NCBI GenBank assembly: GCA_030390025.1
Contig: CM059432.1
Span: 83,826,001 to 83,890,000, forward strand
Direction of reading: 5' to 3'
DNA from: Squalus acanthias
Taxonomy: Eukaryota
DNA: 64,000 bases
In this document: piece after piece, positions 26,085 to 39,600 of the stretch
How positions within the stretch are numbered: the stretch's first letter is position 1
Layout: each line of letters opens with the position of its first letter
Translations under genes and position numbers: made by a program
Notes under the pieces: model-generated
The model's input: only the letters and a program-made list of their open reading frames with translations
Database searches by the model: none
Told to the model about the DNA's origin: nothing

Positions 26085-26720
26085 TTAAGAACATAAGACG
26101 TAGGAGCAGGAGTAGGTCATTTGGCCCCTCAAGCCTGCTCCGCCATTCAATAAGATCATGGCTGATCTAATCTTGGCCTCAACTCCACTTCCCTGCCCGC
26201 TCCCCATAACCCTTGACTCCCTTACCTTTCAAAAATCTGACTATCTCCACCTTAAATATATTCAATGACCCAGCCTCCACAGCTCTCTAGGGAAGAGAAT
26301 TCCAAAGATTCACGACCCTCTGAGAGAAGAAATTCCTCCTCATTTCTGATTTAAAAGGGTGCCTTCTTATTCTGAAATTATGCCCGCTAGTTCTAGATTC
26401 TCCCACGAGGGGAAACATCCTCTCTGCATCTACCCTGTCGAGCCCCTTCAGAATCTTATACGTTTCAATAAGATCCCCTCTCATTCTTCTAAACTCCAAT
26501 GAGTATAGACCCAACCTGCTCAACCTTTCTTTATAAGACAACCCCTTCATCTCCGGAATCAACCTCGTGAACCTTCTCTGAACTGCCTCCAATGCAAGTA
26601 TATCCTTCCTTAAATAAGGAGACCAAAACTATACGCAGTACTCTAGGTGTGGTCTCACCAACACCCTGTACAGTTGTAACAGGACTTCCCTGCTTTTATA
26701 CTCCATTCCCTTTGCAATAG
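26085..26720 (-). mobile_element. CR1 3' fragment inserted in a Harbinger-type MITE (~25491-26980)
   Basis: ORF 26287-26592 (-) VQRRFTRLIP..RVVNLWNSLP; tail taagaacataag. Confidence 0.88.
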
Positions 26721-29418
26721 GCTGGATGGCCTCTTTAGTCTTCAGAGCTGCTTTCACTGAGTGCAACAGCCGCCCCGCTCAGATTGTGGTTAAAAAGCCA
26801 TTTGTGTCTTAGTGACGTAATAGAACACCAATTTGCATAAATTCATGAGGCGCCTGCCTGCTTTAGATGGCCGTCTCATCCGCCTGCAGAACCTTGCAGG
26901 TTAAAATCAGAAATGGCGGAAAAGGGTCAAATTCTGAGCAAATATGTAACCTGGGGGTAAGGGTTAATATTAACCCAGGAGTGTTGTCTGGGACTATAGG
27001 GAGTGAAATTTAAATATCATATGAAAATTCCTTCTACCTCCCCAAAGTTATAGGACACAGGAGTATCACAAACAAAGGAAGGTGCAACTCAGAGCCAGGC
27101 AGAGAAGGTGGCCAAGAAATTTGACTATAAATTTACACTGTCTCATGTAATAAATCACTAAATTAAAATAAAGTAGTAAATGCCTATTTTAAAATAGCTG
27201 AGAAAAGAACATCACACGAATGCATTAAGAGTCTCAAGGTGTAATTTCAAGGCCAATGTGTTTCTGCTCCTCCTAGCCCCACAAAAAATAAATCAAAAAA
27301 GACTTGGGGCCATTTTACGACGTTACCGCTGTAGACAAATGGGCGGAGCATGTGCCACGCACCATCCGCCCATTTGTCCCTCAAAATTTGAATCAAGGTC
27401 CTATGTATGTCACAGGATCCTGATTTGCATATTAAAAGTTGTACCGCCTAAACAGGCAATGCACCGGCCGCCCATTGAAAGGCCTCTTCCAAGATGTTGG
27501 CAGCCGGACTGCCAGCATAAGCAAGGCAATAAGTGACCCAACTCTATTTTGGGGTCACTTGCATTCTATTTATGCTGGATGGGCCAGCTTTAAATCAGGC
27601 CCATGTTATGCTGTTTTTTAAAATTGCTGAATTTGAATTTCTGGATTTTTTTTGGAGCAAAAACGACTTTGAATTAACAGGAACAGAATATATATGTTTA
27701 CTACTGTTGTATCTCCTGTCAATCATTCTGGTGTCTTTAGGCAAAGATAAATCAGAAAAGAAAATGCAAAAAGTTGTCGCACGTTGTAGAATTTAAATAG
27801 TATTTAGTGCAGTAAGACTGGAAATATTCCAATATATAATATTTTGTTAGTGGTCTCTGAGACTCTGAGAATGGAATGAGGAAAATGCAGAAAAACATTA
27901 CCAGGTGCTACTGCTACTTCTGAAAATTACAATATTTTATCAAGTCTCAAGCACACTTCTAATTGTGCCTGCACCAGTAAAATAATAATTTTATTGTAAT
28001 AATAACACTTATGTGGTCTGGAAACTAAATAAATGCCATAGTCCGCCATTTATTAAGGTATCAATGCATCCACACTATTTCTCAAGAAAATGGTTTGTTT
28101 AGTAACTGAAGATTTGCTACATTGTTCTTCTGCCTGTATTCAGTCTCTGTATGGTACTAGTGCTATGTTTATGACCTGTCTGACCTAACTGAAGTTGAAA
28201 GACCAGCTCTCATTCCATCTGGCAGCCAACAACAAATTAGAACATATATTTACTTTTTTTTGTCTTTATTTTGTGTTGAAAAATGTATACTAACCTCATG
28301 GCTTACTGTGAATTTAGTATTTACTTACTCCGGACAGGTTTAGGTACCTCTTAAAAGACGAGAGAGCATGTATGTGTTTTAATAGGGTGCAGTAAAGCAC
28401 CCTCTGTATTTAATAATCATTAAAACAAAATATAAAATAAGAACTTAAGTGAATAGTAAAATTATTTAATTAAAATACTGCAGGAGTACTACTGGCAAAT
28501 TATGCCGTAAGAAGACACTGAAATATTATTCTAATCTCTACTATGACAGATCCAATCTCTTTCAGGGAAATGAAAATCATATTTCAATGTCCTCTCTCAA
28601 TATAGCTTTTCCTGCCCTCTGATTTCCCAGTGATCCAGTTCATTTTTAACCCCACTGTTATTTGTAATTTTCTATTCTGACTTGCTTTTTGAAATTCCTG
28701 CCCTCTTTTATTTATGAAGTCCTGATGGGGAGACATAGGCCTCATGAGAAAACAAACAGGACATTTGATTGAAGACTAACATATTTTTATTCAGGAACTG
28801 TTAAGCAAAGTCCACAAAATTACCCAACATTGCTTGCGTTAGTTTGATTTCTATTTTCAAAATTTCATGAAAGCAGACTATAGAAAATAAGGGCTGGATT
28901 TTGCCAGACCTGAGGAAGTGGGTTTGGAGGCGTGTGAGGTGTTAAAATTGCAAAAAAATGGCGACGGCTCCGATCCTGCCTCCAGCCCGCCTCTGATCAA
29001 TTTTCCCAAAAGCGGCCATTCAGACCCTGTTTCGATCCCACCTCCAAGAGGCGGGATAGGCACTTAAGGCCATTTAACAAGCACTTAATTGCCTCTATAA
29101 TGCCATTTTGAGAGGCCTTTGTAACTTTAACACATTTCCCCCGTGCTGCACGTCTCCTCTGGAACACGCCAGTTAATCCTGGCGGCGTCACAAGTGGATG
29201 GCTTACTAACAGCTGCAGCTCCACCATTAAAAAGGAATTTTCAACAATGATCATTTGCAGGTGGTAGAACTTTGTTTTCTCAGGTCTGGGAGAACTTTTT
29301 GCAGGCCTACTCATTGTGGAAGTTTTGAGGCTGAGATCCATCTCCAGTGTGACCTCCTGGGAAACCCCTCTCCCCACCTTGACTGAGCGCTTCCTCAACT
29401 GAGGTATATACCAGAAGC

Positions 29419-30669
29419 ATGGGAACCATTTATTTCCTTTCCTCCTGGATATCAGATTCAGATGAAGACCAGCCGCGGCAGCAGCAGCACCCAGAATGAC
29501 AGCAGCACCAACAGCAGGAGCAACAACAGGAGCGCCAAGCTGCTGCTTACCCACCTGAAGCTCCACAGGCCAGAAAACGCCAGTGCATGGAAGCATGTCG
29601 CCGCAGGAGATACCCCCAAAACAGGTTTTATAGACAGAGGATGAGCTACCTCAACATGACTGAGCAGCAGTGCCAAAGGAGGCTCAGACTTTCACGAGAG
29701 GTAGTGGGTGACAGCAAGACCTGGAGCCCAGAGGAGCGGGTGGACACCCCTTACCAGTGGCCGTCAAAGTCACCACCGCACTCAACTTTTTTGCTTCAGG
29801 CTCATTCCAGGGATCAACAGCAGACATCAGCGACATCTCCCAGGCGGGCGTACACACTTGCATCATGCAGCTAACCGATGCCCTCTTTGCCATTGCGCAG
29901 AATTACATCAACTTCTCCAAGGATCAAGCAAGTGTAACCGTGCGTGCGGTTGCATTTGTTAATCTGGCAGGCTTTCCAAGGGTGCAGTTGCGTTGTTGAC
30001 TGCACACATGTGGCCCTTAAGGCACCCCATCACAATCCAGGTATGTTTGTCAACCGCAAGGGCTTCCACTCCCTCAATGTGCAGCTGGTGTGTGACCACA
30101 GAAGGAAATTTTGCATGTTTGCGCCAAGTACCCTGGCAGTTGCCATGACTCTTTTATCCCGTGCCAGTCTAGTGTGCCTCCGCTCTTCAGTCTGCCAGAC
30201 CAACATTTTGGATGGCTACTTGGAGACAAGGGCTATCCCCTGAAGACGTGGCTGATGACGCTGTTGAGGAGGCCATTCAACGCAGCTGAGGAGCGCTACA
30301 ACTCCAGCCACATTTCCACCAGATCCATAATCGAGCAAACCATCGGCTTGCTGAAGATGCAATTTAGATGCCTTGATAGATCAGGTGGAGCCCTGCAGTA
30401 CTCAACAGCCAGGGTCTCCAGAATCGTCGTAGTCTGCTGTGCACTTCACAACATGGCACAGCATCGTGGCTTGCAGCTGCCTGAGGTACAAGTGGCTCAT
30501 CACATAGCCTCCTCAGATGAGGATGAGAATGATGATGAGGAGGAGGAGGAGGAGGAGAGAGAGCGACAACGAACAACTTGCGGAGGCGCATCAACCAGTG
30601 GCAGCAGCATGCGAGCACATTGCTGCCCAGGAGGCAAGTGGCGCACTCATTTTGGCCAGATTTGCTTAG
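29419..30669 (+). pseudogene. Harbinger DDE transposase (HARBI1-like), with frameshifts and a stop
   Basis: MGTIYFLSSW start; [78 protein letters not shown] spread over three frames. Confidence 0.93.
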
Positions 30670-30927
30670 CCTGCCCAATCAAACACTTTTGCCTCGCACC
30701 TTCTTACCAGAGCATCGACAATGGCCAAGAACCTGCGGATTCCTATCACTCTGACCACCATACTGACAATTCCAAGTCGCCCTGAGCCCTCAATGTGGAA
30801 GTCCCATTAGCGAAATGACACAGCCCACAACTTCAACAGTTTGCCATCAAGTTTTTTTATCACATAAAGTCACGGATGGCTTTTCAAAAATAAACACAAC
30901 AGAACACCCAAGTGTCTACCCTTGTGA

Positions 30928-32935
30928 CTACTTGTGCATTATCTCCCTCTTATGCGTGCTCCTATGTGGTGCTTCCCCTGTGGCTTCAGCAGATGTGGAG
31001 GCCCCTTGCTCACTTTCTTGCTGCTCCTGCCTCGACACCTTTGGCGGGCGTCCTCTGGGGTTGCGAGCCTGTGAGGGCTCGGCAACAGTCTGCTGCTCCT
31101 GCGGCTGTGCAGGGGCTGAGACGCCGATCTCAGTTGGGTGTGGACTCTGGTGGGGCTCTGACCGAGGGCTCTGCAGTGGCATGGTCGTGTGAGCACTTGG
31201 AGAGGAGCTCCCACTTCCTTGTTCTCTGCCACCAACATCCCTCTCATGGGTCAGCCCCACTTCAGAGCTAGCAAGTGGCTTGACAGCACCTTGCTGCACT
31301 TCAGGGGGGCCATGAGGACCTGTTTCTGCACTGGAAGTCCTACTCCAGAGGACTTCCATGAAGGTCTGGTTTCTCTGCTTAATAGCTGACCATCGCTCCT
31401 CAAGAGATGTCAGTCTATTCTGAACAATGACCATGTTTTCAAGACCCTGGCGACTTAGCTCCTCCATGGCCGTGGCCATCCTCTCCTCTACCATAGCCAT
31501 CCTCTCCTCTATGGTAGCCAACCTTACCACGGAGGTAGCCATCCTTTCCACGGAGGTTGCCATCCTTTCCGTGGTGATGCGTCCATACGCCAATGCCTCC
31601 ACAAAGGCTCTGCTCATGTTAGCGATGGACTCCTCCATTCGCTCCACACTCGCAGCGACCCTGGAGACAAAACCTGACAGAGACTCCTGTACCTGTTACT
31701 GGAGTTCCAGCACCGCTCTCCTTCTGGATGGACCCGGAGGCACAGGGTTGACATGCAGCTGAGCCGAGCTGGGAGAGTCCTGCACCCTCCGATGAGGACT
31801 CTCCACTGCTGTCCCTGTCTCCACCATCTGCTGATACTCACTTGTGAGCTGTGATACACCAGGTGACAACACTACTCTATCTCCCGAAGGTCCCACCGAG
31901 GTGTGAGTGTCTGCGCTGGTGCTGGGTGCGCTTAATTCTGCTGACGCTGCGCCCTCAGAGGCTGCAGCTTCCTCTGAGGAGTCTGGGGGCTCAGGCTGTT
32001 CCACCTGGACAGTGGGGAGGGGGGCTGTCGATGGTCCTGTGGGGGAGTAAAGGAAAGAGTTAGACATGTGAGATAAACTTTGCATGCACATTGAATTGTG
32101 CAGATGATCATAAGTCAATCTGTTAGAGCATTAGAATCAATATCAGTCACTCATGCAATGTCAATGAGAGAGATGAAAAACTATTCTGTCACCAGCTTGC
32201 TCTGATGTGCCCGTCTGTCCGTCCCCCACTTGCGCATCCTCCTCGACTCCCACGATCTCCAGGGCCGCCTCCTCTGCAGTGGTGAGCTGGGCTATTGAGG
32301 GTGGCCCTGCTCCGGTCCTCGCCCTCTCCCTCTTATTGTAGGCTCTCTTTTCCTGCAATGAGGGACACAAGTGGAGTTTGAGTGAGAATGAAGGAGTGAG
32401 TGTAGAGAATCCATAGCATAGATGCTTAGAAGGACACAAAGATGGAGTGAGGTCCCAAGACCAAGGGCACTCCCTGAGTGTTGTAAGTTGTTGTCATAGC
32501 ATCACAGTGATAGGGAGCGTGAGGGCTGCATAGTCGAATAGTTAAGTGAATGTGAACATACAGAGAGAGGGAATGGTTAAGGGTTCAGGGATGTAGGGGT
32601 CAAGTGGGATGTGGAGGAGGAGGTTGACAAAGCAGAGTGCTGGTGATGAGAGGCGATGGAGATCAGATTGAGGGTCATGTGGATGGAATACTCACTTTTC
32701 CTGTGCGGAGAAGTTCATGAAACGTCTTTCTGCACTGCAGCCAGGTTCTGCTGCACATTGAAATGGCATTCACCTCCTGTGCCACTTGCAGCCACACAGC
32801 TTTGGTCTGTTGGGGAGGCTTTTTCCTCCCTGAAGAAGGAAACAGCACTTCCTTATTCGCTCTTGCTCCCTCTACCAGAGCTTGGAGGGAGTTCTCATCG
32901 AATCGGGGTGCACACTTTGGTCTGCTGCTAGACAT
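30928..32935 (-). pseudogene. Harbinger Myb/SANT-like DNA-binding protein gene, 3 exons (32696-32935, 32193-32352, 30928-32036), one in-frame TAA at 31696-31698
   Basis: APRF..L..LV..LFP..W..VA.EVN..RTW.QCRK.F motif; GT-AG sites give phases 0 and 1. It has 502 codons apart from one stop, where the second copy has GAA. Confidence 0.9.
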
Positions 32936-34689
32936 GGTTGGAGCACGAATCCCTCAGAAGTATAATGCAAAAGTTGTAAGGCAGAAAAAGAACCAAGGCT
33001 GCTTGCAGGCCTTAAATGCAGCTGCATAGATGACGTCATCAGAGACGAGTTTCAGCACCAAAATACTCATTGGGCCAGGGGTTCCCACACGCTGGAAATC
33101 AAGTGCCGAATCAGGGGAAAATCGGTCAATTGTCACGCCTCACATTGGAGGGGGGGGGGGTCGTGACCTGCCGACCACCTGACTCGCCCCCAGCCCGCCC
33201 CTAATGACAAAATCCAGCACAAAGTGTCATGCTGAATTGGTATTTTGCTAAATATGTGTATTAATGTTATGGACAATATGCTAATTAATACTGGTAATTG
33301 TTTGATTTTTTTAATGCTTTGTTTATATATTGGTATGATATTAGCAAATATTGAGATTTTTTTTACATTTGAATGCACTGAATGCTAAAATTAGCTATAG
33401 TAGTTCAAGAGAAATGACAATTAAACAGGTACAGTATTAAGCGGATGAGAAAAAACATGTCAGTTTAATGGCACTTTTTTATTTCAATGTCAATGATTGT
33501 TTTTCAACAGAAATTTGTTGTAACTGAACACATTTCTATTGAAAATTAAACAATGAAACAGCAATAAAGAGAACCTCTGTCATGAATTTTATAAAATACA
33601 TAATGTGATAACTTATTATTGGAAATATTAATAAAACACTTTTACGGATTAAAAAATACAAAATATTGGGGTAAATAAACTCATCGATTAGCAGCAGTCG
33701 TGGTGGGGAAAGAGGGATGGAATGATTGCAACAGGGTTCGGTTGGTAGAAATAGGAAACTTTATTAGTATATATGTATATTTCCTAAAAAACTGAAAATC
33801 AGACAAAAATCTTAAATACAAAGAAGGGAAATCATTCATTATTATTTGTTTTAAAAGTATGATTACTTATGTGAAGTACATGTTTTGACAATACAAATGT
33901 AACTGAGGTGCCATATGTGCTTGCAATAACTTCATTATTCTTATTTTTTTAAATCTGCTCTAGTTCACCTTTTTGGTTTTTTTTGCTGTACACATTTCTT
34001 CAAGTCAAATCTGCAATGTTCATTCCCAACAGTAGTACTATCACACTGAAGCTGTAGCAAAACCAGAAACATCTGTATATAACTTAACCAGCAGGCTTTG
34101 TCACTCCACAGTGATAAATCGAGTACTGGCCATCACTCATCATTCCAGAATTAAAGTTGATTTGAACTAAAAATGAATCATCACAAATAAAACTGTGTGT
34201 TATCATCTTTGTATTACTTATTTGCTGTTATCTCGGCCATCAACTAAAAATATAGGCTCAGAGTGCGGGTTTGGAGGCGGATCCGCTGTCAAAATCACAA
34301 AGATTGCCTCGTATGGGGTCTCATATGGGGTTCTCCGATCGCGGGGGTTGGGCTAGGCAGGGATCCTGGATCCAGGAGGTTGGTATAAAGGCACGTACCT
34401 CCTGGAAGCAGCAGTCCTCGCCTTGCTGTAACTGTCGGGTTTTACGAGGTGTGTAAAACCCGACCAGCTACAGTTAAAAACAAAATGGAGGTTCAAGAGG
34501 CTTTCAGCTTCATTAAAATATTTTTAATTGACGTCCAGCCTACTGGCAGCGGAATGGCTGCCCGCCCCCGTCCGCCACCACCCACCCCCTCCCCTCCACC
34601 CCCCCCCCATCGTTCCGCCTCCGTTAAAACCGGAAGTGGGTGGGTTTGAGGCGGGTTCAGGTTGGGATTACGATTTTTAACAATTTAAA

Positions 34690-35655
34690 ATGATTTGGAT
34701 GAGGGGACCAAATGTAATATATCCAAGTTTGCCGAGGATACAAATCTGGGTGGGTATGTAAGTTGTGAGGAGGATGCAAGGAATCTTCAGGGGGATATAG
34801 ACAAACTAAGTGAGTGGGCAAGAACATGGCAAATGGAATATAATGTGGAAAAATGTGAAGTTATCCACTTTGGTAGGAAAAATAGAAAAGCAGAGTATTT
34901 TTTAAATAGTGAGAGATTGGGAAATGTTGGTGTTCAGAGGGACCTGGGTGTCCTTGTACACAAATCACTGAAAGTTAACATGCAGGTACAGTAAGCAATT
35001 AGGAAAGCAAATGGTATGTTGGCCTTTATTACAAGAGGATTTGAGTATAAGAGTAAAGACGTCTTACTGCAATTATATAGGGCCCTGGTAAGACCACACT
35101 GGAGTATTGTGTACAGTTTTGGTCTCCTTACCTAAGGAAGGATATACATGCCATAGAGGGAGTGCAACGAAGGTTCGCCAGACTGGTTCCTGGGATGGGG
35201 GGATTGTCCTATGAGGACAGATTGAGTAGACTAGGCCTATATTCTCTAGAGTTTAAAAGAATGAGAGGTGATCTTATTGAAACATACAAAATTCTTACAG
35301 GGCTTGACAGGGTAGATGCAGGGAGGATGTTTCCCCTGGCTGGGGAGTCTAGAACCAGGGGTCACAGTCTCAGAATAAGGGGTCGGCCATTTAGGACTGA
35401 GATGAGGAGAAATTTCTTCACTCAGAGGGTGGTGAATCTTTGGAATTCTCTACCCCAGAGGGCTGTGGAGGCTTAGTCGTTTGAGTATATTCAAGACAAA
35501 GATCAATAGATTTTTGAATATTAAGGGAATCAAGGGATATGGGGATAGTGCAGGAAAGTGGAGATGAGGTAGAAGATCAGCCATGATCTTATTGAATGGT
35601 GGAGCAGGCTCGAAGGGCCAAATGGCCTACTCCTGCTCCTATTTCTTATGTTCTT
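34690..35655 (+). mobile_element. CR1 3' fragment (RT C-terminus) nested in a MITE (~34255-35720)
   Basis: ORFs 34695-34994 and 35162-35476; tail ttcttatgttcttatg. Confidence 0.9.
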
Positions 35656-35918
35656 ATGTATGTTCTTAACTACCCACATGCTCCAAACCCACCTGTTTTG
35701 CAGGTTAAAACTCCCCCCAATGTGATTGTGACAAGATTTTGTAATCTTTGAAGACAAAGCAAAATCTAAGAAGATTTTAGTATTTTCTGGTAATATCAGT
35801 GTGCACAATGAACATTTAATTTTCTACTTTCAAATCAGAAAATTAAAGGCTAATTTTAGTGCTTCAGTAGATCTACTCGATTGGATTGATCTATCGAACA
35901 GAAAGTTCTGCATATAGG

Positions 35919-36360
35919 TGTCAGACTTGGATCAGTGGTAGCTCTCTCGTCTTTGAGGTAGAAGGTCGTGGGTTCAAGCCTCTTTCCACAGACTTGCTCG
36001 CATAATCTAGGCTGACATTTAAGTGCAGGACTGAGGGAGTGCTGCACTGCCGAAGGTGCCATCTTTCAGAGGAGATGTTAAACCGACACCCCATTTGACC
36101 TCTCAGATGGATATAAAAGATCCCATGGGAATTTTAAAGAAGAGCAAGGAAGTTCTCCCAGTATCCTGGCTAACTTATATCCCTCAACCAACATCACCAA
36201 AAACAGATTATCTGGTCATTATTCCATTGCTGTTTGTGTGACCTGGCTATGTAAAAATTGGCAGCTATATTTTCCTCCACTCCAAAAGTACTTCATTGAC
36301 TGTGAAGCACTTTGGGATGCCCTGAGGTCGGGTCAATATAAATGCTAGCTCTTTCTTCTC
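35919..36360 (+). mobile_element. tRNA-derived Deu-domain SINE (SacSINE1-like)
   Basis: A-box-like ttggatcagtgg, B-box-like ggttcaagcc, core gatgttaaaccg..aaaagatcccatgg, L2-like tail. Confidence 0.85.
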
Positions 36361-36607
36361 TTTATATTACCAGAAACCTTAGATACTTTTGCTTATTTAG
36401 AGTTCAACTTCAATCATTAGCTAATGATTGGCTAGATAATCATAATGTTGAAAGAGAAGAAGGAATAGGGTACACTGCAGCAAATTTATACAATTCCTTT
36501 TTTAAAAGTGTACTTTTTTAAAACAAAGTATGTTTAAAAATAAATTCCTGTCCAGAAAATCACACATGATGATGTCTCTTGCAATATTGTAATATGTCTC
36601 TTTGATA

Positions 36608-39600
36608 TATAGAGTCATAGAGTTATACAACACAGAAAGAGGCCCTTCAGCCCATCGTGTCTGCGCCGGACATCAAGCCCTATCTATTCTAATCCCATTT
36701 TCCAGCACTTGGTCCGTAGCCTTGTATGCTATGGCATTTCAATTGCTCATCTAAATGCTTCTTGAATGTTGTGAGGGTTCCTGCCTCTACCACCCTTTCA
36801 GGCAGTGAGTTCCAGATTCCAACCATCCTCTGGGTGAAAAGGTTTTTCCTCAAATCCCCTCTAAACCTCCTGCCCCTTACCTTGAAACTATGCCCCCTGG
36901 TTATTGACCCCTCTACTAAGGGGAAAAGTTCCTTTCTATCTACCCTATCTTTGCCCCTCATAATTTTGTACACCTCAATCAGGTCCCCCCTCAGCCTTCT
37001 CAGCTCCAAGGAAAACAACCCCAGCCTGTCCAGTCTCTCTTCATAGCTGAAACGCTCCAGCCCAGGTAACATCCTGGTGAATCTCCTCTGCACCCTCTCC
37101 AATGCAATCACATCCTTCCTATAATGTGGCGACCAGAACTGCATGCAGTATTCCAGCTGTGGCCTAACTAGCGTTTTGTACAGGTCCATCATAACCTCCC
37201 TGCTCTTATATTCTATGCCTCGGCTAATGAAGGCAAGTATCCCATATGCCTCCTTAACCACCTTATCTACCTGTCCTGTTGCCTTCAGGGATCTATGTAC
37301 ATGCAAACCAAGGTCCCTCTGATCCTCTGTCCTTCCTAGGGTCCTACCATTCATTGTGTATTCCCTTGCCTTGTTAGTCCTCCCAAAATGCATCACCTCA
37401 CACTTTTCAGGGTTAAATTCCATTTGCCACTGTTCTGCCCATTTGACCAACCTGTCTATATCATCCTGTAGCCTGAGGCTTCCCTCCTCGCTATTTACCA
37501 CTCCACCAATTTTCGTGTCATCTGCGAACTTACTGATCATACCTCCTACATTCATATCTAAATCATTAATGTACACTACAAACAGCAAGGGACCCAGCAC
37601 CAATCCCTGCGGTACACCACTGGACACAGGCTTCCAGTCACAAAAACAACCTTCGACCATCACCCTCTGCCTCCTGCCACTAAGCCAATTTTGGATCCAA
37701 TGTGCCAAATTTCCCTGGATCCCATGGGCTCTTACCTTCCTGACCAGTTTCCCATGTGGGACTTTGTCAAAAGCCTTACTGAAGTCCATGTAGACTACAT
37801 CAACTGCACTACCCTCATCCACACACCTAGTCACCCCCTCGAAAAATTCAATCAAATTGGTTAGACATGATCTCCCCCTGACAAAGCCATGCTGACTATT
37901 CTTGATTAATCCTTGGCTCTCCAAGTGGAGACTAATTCTGTCCTTCAGAATTTTTTCCAATAATTTCCCTACCACTGATGTTAGGCTCACTGGCCTGTAA
38001 TTCCCTGGTTTATCCCTACTACCCTTCTTGAATAATGGTACTACGTTAGCTGTCCTCCAGTCCTCTGGCACCTCACCTGTGGCCAGAGAGGTTCTGAAAA
38101 TTTGTGTCAGAGCCCCTGCAATCTCCTCCCTTGCCTCACACAGCAGCCTGGGATACATCTCGTCTGGGCCTGGGGATTTATCACTTTTAAGCCCACTAAA
38201 ACCGTTAGTACCTCCTCCCTCTCAATGCTAATTTGTTCAAGTATATCACAATCCCCCTGCCTGATTTCTATGCCTACATCGTCCTTCTCATAGTGAACAC
38301 AGATGCAAAATATTCATTTAAAACCTCACCTACATCTTCCGGCTCTACACACAGATTGCCACTTTGGTCCCTAATGGGCCCTACTCTTTCCCTGGTTATC
38401 CTCTTGCCCTTAATATACTTATAAAACACCTTGGGATTTTCCTTTATTTTGCCCGCCAGTGTTTTTTCATGCCCCCTCTTCGCTCTCCTAATTTCTTTTT
38501 TAAGTACCCCCCTGCACTTTCTATACTCCTCTAGGGCTTCCACTGTTTTTAGTCCTTTGTATCTGCCAAAAGCCTCCCTTTTTTTCCTAATCCATTCTTG
38601 TATATCCCTTGACATCCAGGGTTCCCTGGACTTGTTGGTCCCACCCTTGACCTTTATGGGAACATGTTGGCGCTGTACTCTCTCTATTTCCTTTCTGAAT
38701 GACTCCCACTGCTCTGATGTGGATTTTCCTACAAGTAGCTGATCCCAGTCCACTTTGGCCAGATCCTGCCTTATCATATTAAAATTGGCCTTCCCCCAAT
38801 TTAGAACCTTTATTTCCGGTCCATCTTTCTTCTTTTCCATGACTACCTTAAATCTCACCGAATTATGGTCACTGTCACCAAAATGCTCTCCTACTGACAT
38901 TTCTACCACTTGCCCGGCTACATTCCCTAGAATTAGGTCCAGTACCGCCCCCTCTCTTGTAGGACTTTCTACATGCTGGCTCAAAAAGCTCTCCTGGATG
39001 CACTTTAAGAATTCCGCACCCTCTAAGCCTTTCACACTCTGACTATCCCAGTTAATATTGGGGAAGTTGAAATCCCCTACTATTATTACCCTATTATTTC
39101 TATACTTCTCTGAGATTTGCCTACATATCTGTTCCTCTATCTCCCCCTGACTGTTTGGGGGCCTATAGTACACTCCCAGCAAAGTGCTTGCTCCCTTTTT
39201 GTTTTTAAGTTCTACCCATATGGCCTCATTAGAGGAACCTGCTAAGATATCATCCCTCCTTACTGCAGTAATTGACTCCTTGATTAATATTGCGACACCC
39301 CCTCCTCTTTTACACCCCCCTCTGTCTCGGAATATTGAGCTGCCAGTCCTGCCCCTCCCTCAACCATGTCTCTGTGGTAGCAACAATATCATACTCCCAT
39401 GTGTTCATCAACACCTTCAATTCATCTGCCTTACTCGCAAGACTCCTTGTATTAAAATAAATGCCATCCAGCCTTGCCATACTCCCTTGTGCCGTTACAT
39501 ATTTGCTCTGCCTTCCAGACTGACTTGTTTTTTCCTCTATATTTGGCTGTGCATCACCCCCTACTATAGCTCCACTCCGTATCCCATCCCCCTGCCAAGT

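Larger units (their letters stand above)
28891..33220. mobile_element. Full-length (4.3 kb) PIF/Harbinger transposon, inactivated
   Basis: TIR GGGCTGGATTTTG / CAAAATCCAGCAC, flanks TAA/AAA; convergent transposase (+) and Myb/SANT (-) genes. Confidence 0.93.

Noticed and set aside
29419..30669. Possible host HARBI1 gene
   Set aside because: Frameshifted, enclosed by TIRs and paired with a Myb gene: a transposon copy, not the domesticated gene.
35919..35995. tRNA-like sequences (also ~23300-23372 and ~50220-50292)
   Set aside because: SINE heads continuing into Deu core and tail; no intact cloverleaf.
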